This document shows, in pieces, positions 44,275-53,898 of a DNA stretch of 64,000 nucleotides (position 1 is its first letter; each line of letters begins with the position of its first letter). Origin of the DNA: Chloroflexota bacterium (lineage in GTDB: Bacteria; Chloroflexota; Dehalococcoidia; Bin125). The position numbers and the translations under genes were made by a program. The notes beneath the pieces are model-generated. The model was not told the origin of the DNA. It ran no database searches and worked only from the letters and a program-made list of their open reading frames with translations. The stretch covers positions 74,060 through 138,059 of the forward strand of contig JAPPBN010000046.1 of the NCBI GenBank assembly GCA_026705025.1, read 5' to 3'.

Positions 44275-46829
44275 TGACCAACCAGCGCCGGCCCACGCAG
44301 ACGCTCCAGTCGATGCTGGCGTTGGAGGAGAAACTCGGCTACGAGGATCGCGCCGTCGCCGGCGGACTCGACCGGTTCCTGCGCCACGTCCTCAAGGACG
44401 GCGAGCAGGCGCAGTTCTTCAAACAGATCGTCGCAGCCCTACCGCAGGATGGCTACGCCTCGCTCACCCCCAACGAGCGCAAGCGCTGGGCCGCGGATGT
44501 GGGCGCCGCCCTGCGCCCGGGCGCCGCCCCGGGCAGCTTCAACCGCTCGGACAAGTCCAGAACCGCCAGGACAAACGCGCAGCTGGCGAATAACGACCAG
44601 GAACAATCCACACGAAATCTGGACAAATCTGGACAAATCCGGACAACGAAACGCACGAAGTCCAGCCGTAGACGGCCTCCGGCCACATTCGACGACGAAA
44701 ATCCCCTCGCCCGCGACGTCTCCGTCCTCGGCCGCATTCCGCCAATCTCGCGCAGGGCGATGACCTCGATTGGACTGCAGACCGTCTACGACCTGCTCTG
44801 GCATTTGCCTCGCCGCTACGAGGATTGGCGCAACGTACGCACGATCTCGGAGGCGCTTGAGGGGATTGAACTGACCATCGTCGCCGAGATCGCCAGCATT
44901 GGCGTCAAGTACCTGCGCGGCGGACGCACAGCGACCGAGGCTGTCGTGCGCGACGGCACGGGCAGCCTCCGCATCTGGTGGTGGCAGCAGCCCTACCTGG
45001 CGCGCACGCTCAAGGAGGGAATGCGAGTCGGGCTCTCCGGCAAAGTCGAGATCCAGGGACGCAGATTGCGCATGGTCTCGCCCGAATGGGAGCGGCTCGA
45101 CGATCCCGACGACGACACCGTCCACGTGGGACGGCTGTCGCCCGTGTACCCCCGGACCAAGGGCCTGCCCAACCGGACCATCCGCCGCCTGGCTCACGCC
45201 GCCGTCCGCGACTATCTGCCCTTGTTGGCCGAGTCATTGCCCCCGCAGATCATCGCCGAACAGGGCTATCAGTCCGAGGCTGACGCCCTGGCCACCATTC
45301 ACTTTCCCGACCGCCTCGAAGACGTCGATCTCGCCAAAGAGCGCATCGCGTTCCAGGAACTGCTGTCAATCCAACTCGCTGTGCTCTCGCGCAAGCGCGA
45401 GGCCCGCCTCCGGGCCGACGCGCCGCCAATCCCGATGCCGGGCGACTTCCTCGACAAGTTCATCGGCGCCCTGCCGTTTGAACTGACGGTCGCGCAGCAG
45501 CGCGTGTTGACCGAGATTCGCAACGACATGTTCCGCCGCGAACCGATGGCGCGGCTGCTGCAGGGCGACGTCGGTTCCGGCAAGACCGTCGTCGCCGCGG
45601 CGGCGATGCTTGCAGCCGTGCGAGCCGGTCACCAGACGGTGCTCATGGCCCCGACCGAGGTGCTCGCGTCACAGCACTACGAGACGTTCCAACGCCTATT
45701 CGCAGGCGACGAGTACGTTGGCGGAGAACAGCTGTGGTACAACTTCAGCCTCGCCCCTGCCCTCGGCCGTCCGGTACGGATGGCGCTGCTAACCGGCAGC
45801 GTTCGCGCGGCGCGGAAGCGCCAGATTCACCAGGAAATGGCATCAGGCATGCTCGACCTCGTGGTCGGTACGCACGCGCTGATCCAGGAGAGCGCCAACT
45901 TCAGCGACCTCGGCCTGGCCGTCGTTGACGAGCAGCACCGCTTCGGCGTGCTCCAGCGGGACGCACTGCGCAGCAAGGGACGCAGCCTGCACCTGCTGGT
46001 CATGACTGCCACCCCGATCCCGCGCACCCTCGCGCTGACGGTCTACGGCGAGTTGGACAACTCGGTGATCGACGAACTGCCGCCGGGCAGACAGCGGGTA
46101 CGGACCCAGGTCGTCGAACCGTCACAGCGTGAGGAGATTGTTTACCAGCGCATCAGGGAAGAAGCCGCTCAGGGCCGGCAAGCGTTCGTCATCTGTCCCT
46201 TGATTGAAGAGTCCGACAAGCTCGAGGTTGAGGCCGCGACCGAGCAGTACGAGTTCCTGCGCAGCGGCCCGCTGCGCGAACTGGCCTCCCGGATTCGCCT
46301 GTTGCACGGGCGCATGTCCGCCGAGGAGAAACGATCGGTCATGGCCGACCTCGCCCGAGGCGACGCCGATGTGTTGGTTTCCACGATCGTCGTCGAAGTC
46401 GGCGTTGACTTGCCCCGGGCGACCGTGATGGCGATCGAGGGCGCCGAGCGGTTCGGCCTGGCCCAGCTGCATCAGTTGCGCGGTCGCGTCGGCCGCAGCG
46501 ATCTGCCTTCGGTCTGTTACCTGATCTCGGAGACGGACATCGAGCAGAGCCAGCGCCGGTTGGACCTCATGGTCCAGACCTCGAATGGATTCGACTTGGC
46601 CGAGGCCGACCTCGAAATGCGCGGTCCGGGCGAATACTTCGGCACTCGCCAGTCGGGCCTGCCCGAGCTACGGGTAGCAAAACTGACCGACCACCAAACA
46701 TTGAACCTCGCCCGCAACTGGGCCAACCGCATCCTTGACGACGACCCCCACCTCCGAGCCCCCGAACACCGTCTCCTCCGCGCCCGAGCCGAGACCCTGA
46801 ATGTGTCAGGGGCGACGGCCGTGCATTAG
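44274..46829 (+). CDS. recG: ATP-dependent DNA helicase RecG (with ~140-aa N-terminal extension containing a repeat-encoded low-complexity segment; true start uncertain)
   Basis: The conserved RecG region starts at LQTVYDLLWHLPRRYED (~nt 44770). Helicase motifs GDVGSGKT, DEQHRFG, MTATPIPRTL and QLHQLRGRVGR follow. The upstream ~140 aa are in frame with no alternative start codon between 44666 and 44696. Confidence 0.85.
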   Translation: MTNQRRPTQTLQSMLALEEKLGYEDRAVAGGLDRFLRHVLKDGEQAQFFKQIVAALPQDGYASLTPNERKRWAADVGAALRPGAAPGSFNRSDKSRTARTNAQLANNDQEQSTRNLDKSGQIRTTKRTKSSRRRPPATFDDENPLARDVSVLGRIPPISRRAMTSIGLQTVYDLLWHLPRRYEDWRNVRTISEALEGIELTIVAEIASIGVKYLRGGRTATEAVVRDGTGSLRIWWWQQPYLARTLKEGMRVGLSGKVEIQGRRLRMVSPEWERLDDPDDDTVHVGRLSPVYPRTKGLPNRTIRRLAHAAVRDYLPLLAESLPPQIIAEQGYQSEADALATIHFPDRLEDVDLAKERIAFQELLSIQLAVLSRKREARLRADAPPIPMPGDFLDKFIGALPFELTVAQQRVLTEIRNDMFRREPMARLLQGDVGSGKTVVAAAAMLAAVRAGHQTVLMAPTEVLASQHYETFQRLFAGDEYVGGEQLWYNFSLAPALGRPVRMALLTGSVRAARKRQIHQEMASGMLDLVVGTHALIQESANFSDLGLAVVDEQHRFGVLQRDALRSKGRSLHLLVMTATPIPRTLALTVYGELDNSVIDELPPGRQRVRTQVVEPSQREEIVYQRIREEAAQGRQAFVICPLIEESDKLEVEAATEQYEFLRSGPLRELASRIRLLHGRMSAEEKRSVMADLARGDADVLVSTIVVEVGVDLPRATVMAIEGAERFGLAQLHQLRGRVGRSDLPSVCYLISETDIEQSQRRLDLMVQTSNGFDLAEADLEMRGPGEYFGTRQSGLPELRVAKLTDHQTLNLARNWANRILDDDPHLRAPEHRLLRARAETLNVSGATAVH
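44549..44665. repeat. Second copy of the GTCCAGAT/ATCTGGAC phased-repeat element (3 x ATC(T/C)GGACAA decamers plus flanking GGACAA/GTCCAG copies), lying inside the recG reading frame
   Basis: Read directly: atctggacaa at 44617 and 44627, atccggacaa at 44637; ggacaa at 44549 and 44569; gtccag at 44555 and 44660. The reverse complement matches the 10670-10707 array. Confidence 0.6.
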
Positions 46830-46871
46830 CGCGATTCGATGCAGGACGCAGTCACCGCAGTTTCCTCCGTC

Positions 46872-47008
46872 ATACCCGCGCTTGTCGCGGGTATCTCGCA
46901 TTGGTCCGTAGCGCGATGACATCCGAACGGCCCCACGGAACGGTAGGAGTTCCGTGAATGGCGAGGCTATGCAGAGTCAAGCGAGATTCCCGCGACAAGC
47001 GCGGGAAT
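46872..47008. repeat. Pair of inverted REP-like palindromic elements (ATACCCGCG-CTTGT-CGCGGGTAT and ATTCCCGCG-ACAAG-CGCGGGAAT) flanking a third hairpin (CACGGAAC-N7-GTTCCGTG) in the recG-argS spacer
   Basis: Read directly; the second element is the reverse complement of the first, 114 bp away, with a BIME-like arrangement. Confidence 0.55.
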
Positions 47009-47144
47009 GACGGGATCCGCCTTTGGGCTGCGTGTGAATCAGCCCACGGTAGTCGAGTGTGTCGCACTCGACCCGCGATATCCTAATCCTTTGGCCCGCG
47101 CCCGACTACAGTGTGAGTCTGGCGAATGAAAGTGTGATTTCGAC

Positions 47145-48827
47145 ATGGCGCGCGCGACGCGGGATCTGGTCGGTGAACTGGTCCGCAATGCCCTGGAACT
47201 GGCGCAGGCCGACGGCGCGTTGCCGCCGATTCCACCGATCGAGCTGCGAATAGAACGGCCCAAGGAGCGCGAACACGGCGATTATTCCTGCAACGTCGCC
47301 TTGAGGCTGGCCAGCGCCGTGCGGATGCCGCCGATGGACGTCGCCGCGGCGATCGCGCAGCGCATCATGCGCACCGAGCCAATCGCCGATGTCGATGTCG
47401 CCCGGCCGGGATTCATCAATGTCACGCTCGATGCCGAGTGGCAACGCAATCTGTTGCTCACCGTGATCGACGCTGGAGACCAATGGGGACGGGTCGATCA
47501 GGGCTCCGGACATCGCGTCCAGGTCGAGTTCGTCTCGGCCAATCCGACCGGACCTCTGCAGGTCGGCAACGGACGCGGCGCGGTCCTCGGCGATGCCCTG
47601 GCCTCCGTCCTGGATGCAGCTGGATTCGAGGTCCAGCGCGAGTACTACGTCAACGACGCCGGCGCGCAGATCCGCCTCTTCGGCCGGACCCTGTTCGCCC
47701 GCTATCAGCAACAGTTCGGGCGCGAGGTCCCGCTGCCCGAGGGCGGGTACCAGGGCGCGTACATGATTGACGTAGCCAAACAGCTCAAAGACGAGGAAGG
47801 CGACCGCTGGCTGCAGAGCAGCGATGACCCGCCGCCAGAACTCTCCGAGCGCGGGCTGCAACTGATGATCGAGCAGATTCGCGACGACCTGGCACTGCTG
47901 CGGGTCGAGTTCGACCATTGGCAGCGGGAATCCGCGCTCTACGACGGCGCGAGCGGATCGTCGACCTATGACGTCGCGATGGATCGATTGCGCAGCGGCT
48001 CCTACGTGATTGAGAAGGAGGGCGCGGTCTGGTTCCGCTCGGAAGATCTGGGCGAGGACAAGGACAACGTCCTCATCCGCTCGTCCGGCGAGCCGACCTA
48101 CTTCGCCTCGGATGTCGCCTACCACTACGACAAGTTCCTCACCCGCGAGTTCGACACGGTCATCGATGTTTGGGGCGCCGACCACCAGGGCCACGTCGCG
48201 CGGACGAAGGCAGCGGTCTCCGCCGTCGGCGGCGACGGCGAAGCGCTGGAAGTGCTGCTCTACCAGCTCGTGCACTTGCGCCGCGGGGACGAGCGCGTTC
48301 GCATGTCCAAGCGGACCGGCGAGATCGTGACGTTGCGAGAGCTCGTGCAAGAGGTCGGCGCGGACGCCGCCCGGTTTTTCATGCTCCAGCGCTCGGCCGA
48401 TGCCCAAATGGACTTCGACTTGGCCGCGGCGGCATCGGCCGATCCTCGCCAGAATCCGGCCTCATACGTCAAGTACGCTCACGCGCGCTGCGCCAGCGTC
48501 TTGCGCAACGCAGCGGAAGCTGGCCTGGACCCGTCGTCGGACCATCTGGAATTGCTGACTGAAGAGCAGGAATCCGTCCTGATCGGCGAAATCCTGCGGC
48601 TGCCGGAGCTGGTCGCCGACATGGCCGCGCGACGAGAGCCGCACCATCTGACCTACTACGCGCAGAGTCTGGCCCAGGCGTTCACGCAGTTCTACGACGC
48701 CCTCCGGATCGTCGTGCCGGACGAGCCCGATCGCTCTGGCGCACGATTGACCCTGACCCAGGCGTCGCAAGCGGCGTTGGCGGCAACGCTCCGTCTGATC
48801 GGCGTCGATGCGCCGGAAGAGATGTAA
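47145..48827 (+). CDS. argS: Arginine--tRNA ligase
   Basis: Class I HIGH-type motif SANPTGPLQVGNGRGAVLGD and the KMSK-equivalent MSKRTG. Confidence 0.9.
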   Translation: MARATRDLVGELVRNALELAQADGALPPIPPIELRIERPKEREHGDYSCNVALRLASAVRMPPMDVAAAIAQRIMRTEPIADVDVARPGFINVTLDAEWQRNLLLTVIDAGDQWGRVDQGSGHRVQVEFVSANPTGPLQVGNGRGAVLGDALASVLDAAGFEVQREYYVNDAGAQIRLFGRTLFARYQQQFGREVPLPEGGYQGAYMIDVAKQLKDEEGDRWLQSSDDPPPELSERGLQLMIEQIRDDLALLRVEFDHWQRESALYDGASGSSTYDVAMDRLRSGSYVIEKEGAVWFRSEDLGEDKDNVLIRSSGEPTYFASDVAYHYDKFLTREFDTVIDVWGADHQGHVARTKAAVSAVGGDGEALEVLLYQLVHLRRGDERVRMSKRTGEIVTLRELVQEVGADAARFFMLQRSADAQMDFDLAAAASADPRQNPASYVKYAHARCASVLRNAAEAGLDPSSDHLELLTEEQESVLIGEILRLPELVADMAARREPHHLTYYAQSLAQAFTQFYDALRIVVPDEPDRSGARLTLTQASQAALAATLRLIGVDAPEEM

Positions 48828-48846
48828 GTCTTCGGAGGATTTCAAC

Positions 48847-49848
48847 ATGCAGGATCGCGTGTTCGCGGGCATCCGCGCGACCGGCCGACAACACATCGGC
48901 AACTACCTGGGCGCGATCCAGAACTTCGTCGCGCTGCAGGACAAATACGAGTGCGTCTACTCGATCGTCGATCTGCACTCGTTGACGACGCTGACCGAGA
49001 CCGATCAGCTCCGAGACAACGTGCGCGAGACCGCAATTGACCTGTTGGCCGCCGGCATTCGCCCGGAGGAAACGATCCTCTACGCACAGAGCCACGTGCC
49101 GGAGATCTCCGAGCTGCACCTGTTGCTCTCGATGGTCACGCCCATCGGTCGGCTGATGAACGTGCCCACGTTCAAGGAGAAGGCCAAGTCCCAGCCCGAG
49201 AATGTCAACTATGGTCTGGTCGGCTATCCCGTGTTGCAGACCGCCGACATCGTGCTCTACCGGGCCAACAAGGTGCCGGTCGGCGAGGATCAGTTGCCGC
49301 ACCTGGAGCTGGCCCGCGAAATCGTGCGCCGCTTCAACAACATCTTCGGCGACACCTTCCCCGAGCCGGAAGCCGAGCTGACCAGCGCGCCGATGGTGCT
49401 GGGGTTCGACAACCGCAAGATGTCCAAGTCCTACGGCAACGCCGTCGACATGGCCGCCACGCCCGAAGAGACCTTCCAGGCGATCCGCACCGCAATCACC
49501 GACCCGCAGCGAGTACGCCGCAACGACCCGGGCCGGCCCGAGGTCTGCAACGTGTACTCACTGCACGGCTTCTTCGGACCGGACAAGCAGCCGCAGATCG
49601 CGTCAGACTGCCGTAGCGCCGAGATCGGCTGCGTCGACTGCAAGAAGATGCTGACTGACTCAGTCAACGACTATTTTGCCCCGATCCGCGAGCGCCGGCA
49701 GGAACTGTCGACCGATCCGGGCGCTGTCGATGAAATCCTCATTGATGGCGCCCGCCGAGCGCGCGTGATTGCGGCGGAGGTCCTGGCCGACGTCAAGGAG
49801 GCAATCGGACTGCCCGCGTCGCTGCCGGAAGTGGCGAACCTCCGGTAG
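48847..49848 (+). CDS. trpS: Tryptophan--tRNA ligase
   Basis: N-terminal GIRATGRQHIGNYLGA (HIGH region) and KMSKS as KMSKSYGN. Confidence 0.9.
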   Translation: MQDRVFAGIRATGRQHIGNYLGAIQNFVALQDKYECVYSIVDLHSLTTLTETDQLRDNVRETAIDLLAAGIRPEETILYAQSHVPEISELHLLLSMVTPIGRLMNVPTFKEKAKSQPENVNYGLVGYPVLQTADIVLYRANKVPVGEDQLPHLELAREIVRRFNNIFGDTFPEPEAELTSAPMVLGFDNRKMSKSYGNAVDMAATPEETFQAIRTAITDPQRVRRNDPGRPEVCNVYSLHGFFGPDKQPQIASDCRSAEIGCVDCKKMLTDSVNDYFAPIRERRQELSTDPGAVDEILIDGARRARVIAAEVLADVKEAIGLPASLPEVANLR

Positions 49849-50316
49849 TTACTTCCGCTCCAGCACCACGATCGGAATCTGTCGACCGGCGCCGCCTGCC
49901 CGGATTGCGTAATCGAGATACGGCGCGAAGTCCTTGGCCATCAGACTGAACAGCTTGTCGCGCTCGGCGCCTTCGGCGGTGCGGGCGGTGGCCTCGAACT
50001 GCTCGGTGCCGACCATCAACTGGACGTCAGGGTTGGCGTCGATATTGAGGTACCAGGCCGGATGACTTCGATGGCCGCCCTTGCTGGCCACGATCACGTA
50101 GGCGTCGTCGGCCTCGCCATAAATCAGCGGCAGAGTGCGCCACTCGCCTGAGCGCCGGCCCCTGGCTGCCAGCAGCAGACAGGGAATCGGGCCGGAACCG
50201 TCGGGCCGGTCCCACATGTGGCCCTCTTCGCCGCCGGAGCCGAGATATTGCTCAGTGTGCTCGCGGATCCAGTCGGGGAGGTTGGGGTCGACGCTGAAGA
50301 TGTCGGACATGTTCAC
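49849..50316 (-). CDS. Deazaflavin (F420H2)-dependent nitroreductase family protein (DUF385, PNPOx-like split barrel)
   Basis: SGEWRTLPLIY...HPAWYLN...QLMVG...ATAR...ERDKLF is the characteristic DUF385/Ddn-like pattern. Confidence 0.7.
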   Translation of the reverse strand: MNMSDIFSVDPNLPDWIREHTEQYLGSGGEEGHMWDRPDGSGPIPCLLLAARGRRSGEWRTLPLIYGEADDAYVIVASKGGHRSHPAWYLNIDANPDVQLMVGTEQFEATARTAEGAERDKLFSLMAKDFAPYLDYAIRAGGAGRQIPIVVLERK

Positions 50317-50354
50317 ACTCGTTTCTTGATCTGGTGAGGCGCTCTCGACCGAGT

Positions 50355-51923
50355 CTAAGGGCGGACCCCTGCCTTGCCCTTGACGCCGAGGGTGGTCGAG
50401 ATCGTGTCGTAGGCATGCTCGAGGAAGCGGTAGATGTAGGAGCGGGTCTGGCGCGGGTCGATGATGTCCTCAATCCCGAACGCCTCCGCCGTGCGGAACG
50501 GGTTGCGGAACTGGAGCAGGTGCTCCTCGATCTCACGACGCCGCTTGTCCGGATCGGGCGCGCTCTCAATCTCCCGCCGGTACGCCGCGGCGACGCCTCC
50601 CTCGATCGGGATCGAACCCCAGTCGCCCGAAGGCCAGCCGACGCGGTAGTTCATCGTGCCGACGTTGGCCGTCGCCTGACCGGCCATGCCGTAGTTCTTG
50701 CGCGTGATCACGGTGAACACGGGAACTGAGGCGAGGTACGTCGCCCAGTAGGCGCGCATTCCGTGACGCAGCGTGCCCGTAGCTTCGGCCTGCGGACCCA
50801 GCATGAAGCCGGGCACGTCGGCGATGAACACAATCGGAATGTGGAAGTGATCGCAGAGCTCGACGAAATGTCCCTGCTTGTCAGCCGAGTCGGCGGTCAT
50901 CGCGCCGGCCAGCATGCTGGGATTGTTGGCCACAATGCCAACGACATAACCGCCGATCCGGGCGAAGAGCGTATGCACCGTCGTGCCAAACTCCGGCTTG
51001 ATCTCGAAGAACTCGCCGTCGTCGACAAGGAGCTTGATCAGCTTGAGCATGTTGTACGGCCTCGTCCGCTTGCGCGGAACGATGCTGAGCAGCGCCTCCT
51101 CCTCGCGGTCGGGCGAATCGTCGGTCGCTTTGAATGGCGGTTGCTGATAGACGTTCTGCGGCATGTAACTGAGAAACGTCTTCATCTGATCGATTGCGTC
51201 GTACTCGTCCGTGGCCCGGTTGTCGATGGCCCCGGATTGGGCCACGTGAATGTCCGGCCCGCCCAGCTGGTCTTTGGTGATGTCGAGTCCTAGCGCCCGT
51301 TTGACCAGCGGCGGACCGCCGGCAAACAATGCCCCCTGTGGCGTCATCACCGTGAAGTGTCCGAGCATCACCCGCGCGGCGACTCCGCCAGCGGTCGAAC
51401 CGGAGGCGCCGAAGACGAGCGGCACTTCCTGGCCGGCGCGGATGTCGGGACCGAACACGTCGAAACTACTGGGCAGGTGCCCGTGCCCGTCGCCTTCGGC
51501 GGCGACGTTGGCCCCGGCGCCTTCGTGGAAGACGATCAGCGGCACGCGGTACTCACGCGCCATGTCGGCCAGAAACAGGCTCTTGAAGCGCTCTTGGGTG
51601 CTGATGTCGGCGGCCCCGCCGCCGACCGTGAAATCCTCGCCGCCGACCACGACCGAACGACCATCGACCTTGGCCAGTCCGCCGATGTAGGGCAGCGGTG
51701 TGAAGTCCCTGAACTCGCGGTCTTCGTATGTCCCGTACCCGGCCAGACCGCCGATTTCGTGGAAGCTGCCCGGATCGACGAGCGCGTCGATGCGGTCGCG
51801 GATGGTCAGCTTGCCCAGCTCGCGTTGGCGATTGACGCGTTCCTCGCCGCCCATCTTGAGCGCCAGCTTGCGGCGGAGGTTGAGTTCATCGACTTCGGGT
51901 TGCCAGTTGGTCGGTTCGGACAT
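50355..51923 (-). CDS. Acyl-CoA carboxylase carboxyltransferase (beta) subunit (PccB/AccD5-like)
   Basis: A 522-aa tandem carboxyltransferase-fold protein with conserved GGGAADIS... and GxxxGGxAY blocks. Confidence 0.8.
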   Translation of the reverse strand: MSEPTNWQPEVDELNLRRKLALKMGGEERVNRQRELGKLTIRDRIDALVDPGSFHEIGGLAGYGTYEDREFRDFTPLPYIGGLAKVDGRSVVVGGEDFTVGGGAADISTQERFKSLFLADMAREYRVPLIVFHEGAGANVAAEGDGHGHLPSSFDVFGPDIRAGQEVPLVFGASGSTAGGVAARVMLGHFTVMTPQGALFAGGPPLVKRALGLDITKDQLGGPDIHVAQSGAIDNRATDEYDAIDQMKTFLSYMPQNVYQQPPFKATDDSPDREEEALLSIVPRKRTRPYNMLKLIKLLVDDGEFFEIKPEFGTTVHTLFARIGGYVVGIVANNPSMLAGAMTADSADKQGHFVELCDHFHIPIVFIADVPGFMLGPQAEATGTLRHGMRAYWATYLASVPVFTVITRKNYGMAGQATANVGTMNYRVGWPSGDWGSIPIEGGVAAAYRREIESAPDPDKRRREIEEHLLQFRNPFRTAEAFGIEDIIDPRQTRSYIYRFLEHAYDTISTTLGVKGKAGVRP

Positions 51924-51988
51924 CGCATGCTCCTGGAGTCTGCGCGATCAACCTAGCGGATCGGTTGGTCTACAGATTCAGGACCCGT

Positions 51989-52813
51989 TCAGACCGAAGC
52001 GGCGGCCCCCAGCCAACCGATCAGCAAAAGCGGCAAGAACGGGACGATCAGCCAGCGCTGAAGTCGTAGGCGCACCTCGGAGACGCGCCTCATCAGCAAC
52101 CAGATGCAGAACAGACCGGCCACGATGAAGTAGAGCAACGGACCGAGCAGCCAGGCGAGGTTGCCGCCGGAGAGATTGATCGATGCGGCCGCGAGCGCCA
52201 GTGCGGCGGCGACCACTGCCCAGGACATTGAGATCGCCGTATCGATCCCCAGCCAATGCAGGACCGAGCGCGCACCGTCGAAGTCGTCGAGTTCGAAGTC
52301 GGGCAGTTTGTAGATCATGAATGTGGCCGCGCCGGACAACGCCCCCACGGGAACGACCCAGATCAGATGAGCGTTGGAGAACCCCTCATCTGCAGTTTGA
52401 ATCGCCCCGACTGGCAAGAGCACGCCGATCAGCGCAAAGGCCAGAAATCCCAGAATCGATCCGCGCCAGGCGAAGTTGTAGATCGCGCTGGCCGCAAGCA
52501 TGGCCAGGCCGATGACGCCGACGCGCCAGTCAGTCGCGAATCCGATCGCGGTGCCGAGTGCGAATGGCACCGCTGCGCCAATCAACGACCCTTGGGACGA
52601 AATCTTGCCGGACGGAATCGGCCGCATGAGACGCGTGGTCGAGTCGATTTCGGCATCGAGGGCGTTGCCGATCAGCGCTGCGGCGTAAGCGAACGCGACG
52701 ATCATTGCGCCGTACTGGAAGGGCAGTCCCCATTCGAGCGAGCCTTCAGCCGCCGTGAGGACCATCAGCGCGGCCGAGACGAGCAACCAGGTCCCGGTGG
52801 CGGGCCGGGACAT
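51989..52813 (-). CDS. UbiA family prenyltransferase
   Basis: A polytopic membrane protein with an Asp-rich region NALDAEID (NDxxDxxxD-like). The likely start MSRPATG is at 52813; the listed ORF extends further upstream to 53038 but would overlap the divergent SPFH gene start. Confidence 0.6.
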   Translation of the reverse strand: MSRPATGTWLLVSAALMVLTAAEGSLEWGLPFQYGAMIVAFAYAAALIGNALDAEIDSTTRLMRPIPSGKISSQGSLIGAAVPFALGTAIGFATDWRVGVIGLAMLAASAIYNFAWRGSILGFLAFALIGVLLPVGAIQTADEGFSNAHLIWVVPVGALSGAATFMIYKLPDFELDDFDGARSVLHWLGIDTAISMSWAVVAAALALAAASINLSGGNLAWLLGPLLYFIVAGLFCIWLLMRRVSEVRLRLQRWLIVPFLPLLLIGWLGAAASV

Positions 52814-53031
52814 TTCCAGCCAGGCATAGGCGCGGCTGCGAAAGACCCTGGTCTGCCAGGGGATCTGAGGCTCGGGCCGCGGATCTTGTTCGGCTGGGTT
52901 CACTACCGGCAGCTTATTCGCCCGGCTTGCAACCGCGGGCTGCACCAGGCGTGTACATTCGCAACCAGGACGAATCCATATACTCGCAGCGACCGCACCA
53001 CTGGCGGCGAGGAAAGTTAGGGGAGCACACA

Positions 53032-53892
53032 ATGGCAATCATCAACATGGTCCGCGACTATGAGCGCGTTGCCAAGTTTCAACTGGGACGGTACGTGGGC
53101 CTCAAGGGCCCAGGGCTGGTCTGGATTATTCCAATCATCCAGGCGGGAACCAAGGTCGACACCCGTGAGCAGTATTTCGATGTTCCGCCGCAGCGCAACA
53201 TTACGCGTGACAACGCCGGTGTGGATGTCGATTTCGTGGTGTACCTGCGCGTGATGGATCCGGAGCGCACGGTGCTCGAGGTTCGCGACTACCTCGGGGC
53301 GGCGCGCCAACTGGCGACCACGACATTGCGCGCAGTGGTCGGCGAAATGGCGTTGGACGAAGTGCTGTCCCGACGCGACGACATCAATGATCAGATGCAG
53401 GTCAAGCTTGATGAGGTGACGAACCGTTGGGGTGTCAAGGTGACGGCCGTGGAAATCCGTGAGATCGAGCCGCCGCCGGCGATCGCCGAGGCGATGACCC
53501 GTCAGATGTCGGCGGAACGCACGCGGCGCGCGCAGATCACCGAGTCGGAAGGTTCACGCGACGCACAGATCAACGTCGCCCAGGGTGAACGGCAGGCCGC
53601 CATTCTCGAGGCGGAGGGTGAGAAACAGGCGCAGATCCTGCGGGCCGAAGGTCACCGCGAAGCGCAGATTCTCGAAGCCCAGGGTTATGCGGACGCGCTG
53701 AACTCGATCAACACGGCCGCTCAGGTCGCGCACGGCAACACGATGGGTCTGCAATACCTCGACACGCTGCGCAATCTGGCGAACAGCGACAGCACCAAGT
53801 GGATCATTCCGATGGAACTGACCAACGCAGCGCGCACAATTGCAGAGCGATTGGGCGTCAGCGTGGCGGGCGGCAACGGCAACGACGACTAG
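53032..53892 (+). CDS. SPFH/Band 7 (stomatin/prohibitin-like) family protein
   Basis: A classic SPFH core (NITRDNAGVDVDFVVYLRV...RAVVGEMALDEVLSRRDDIN) plus a coiled-coil EAQxxEAxG repeat tail. Confidence 0.8.
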   Translation: MAIINMVRDYERVAKFQLGRYVGLKGPGLVWIIPIIQAGTKVDTREQYFDVPPQRNITRDNAGVDVDFVVYLRVMDPERTVLEVRDYLGAARQLATTTLRAVVGEMALDEVLSRRDDINDQMQVKLDEVTNRWGVKVTAVEIREIEPPPAIAEAMTRQMSAERTRRAQITESEGSRDAQINVAQGERQAAILEAEGEKQAQILRAEGHREAQILEAQGYADALNSINTAAQVAHGNTMGLQYLDTLRNLANSDSTKWIIPMELTNAARTIAERLGVSVAGGNGNDD

Positions 53893-53898
53893 ACGGAT

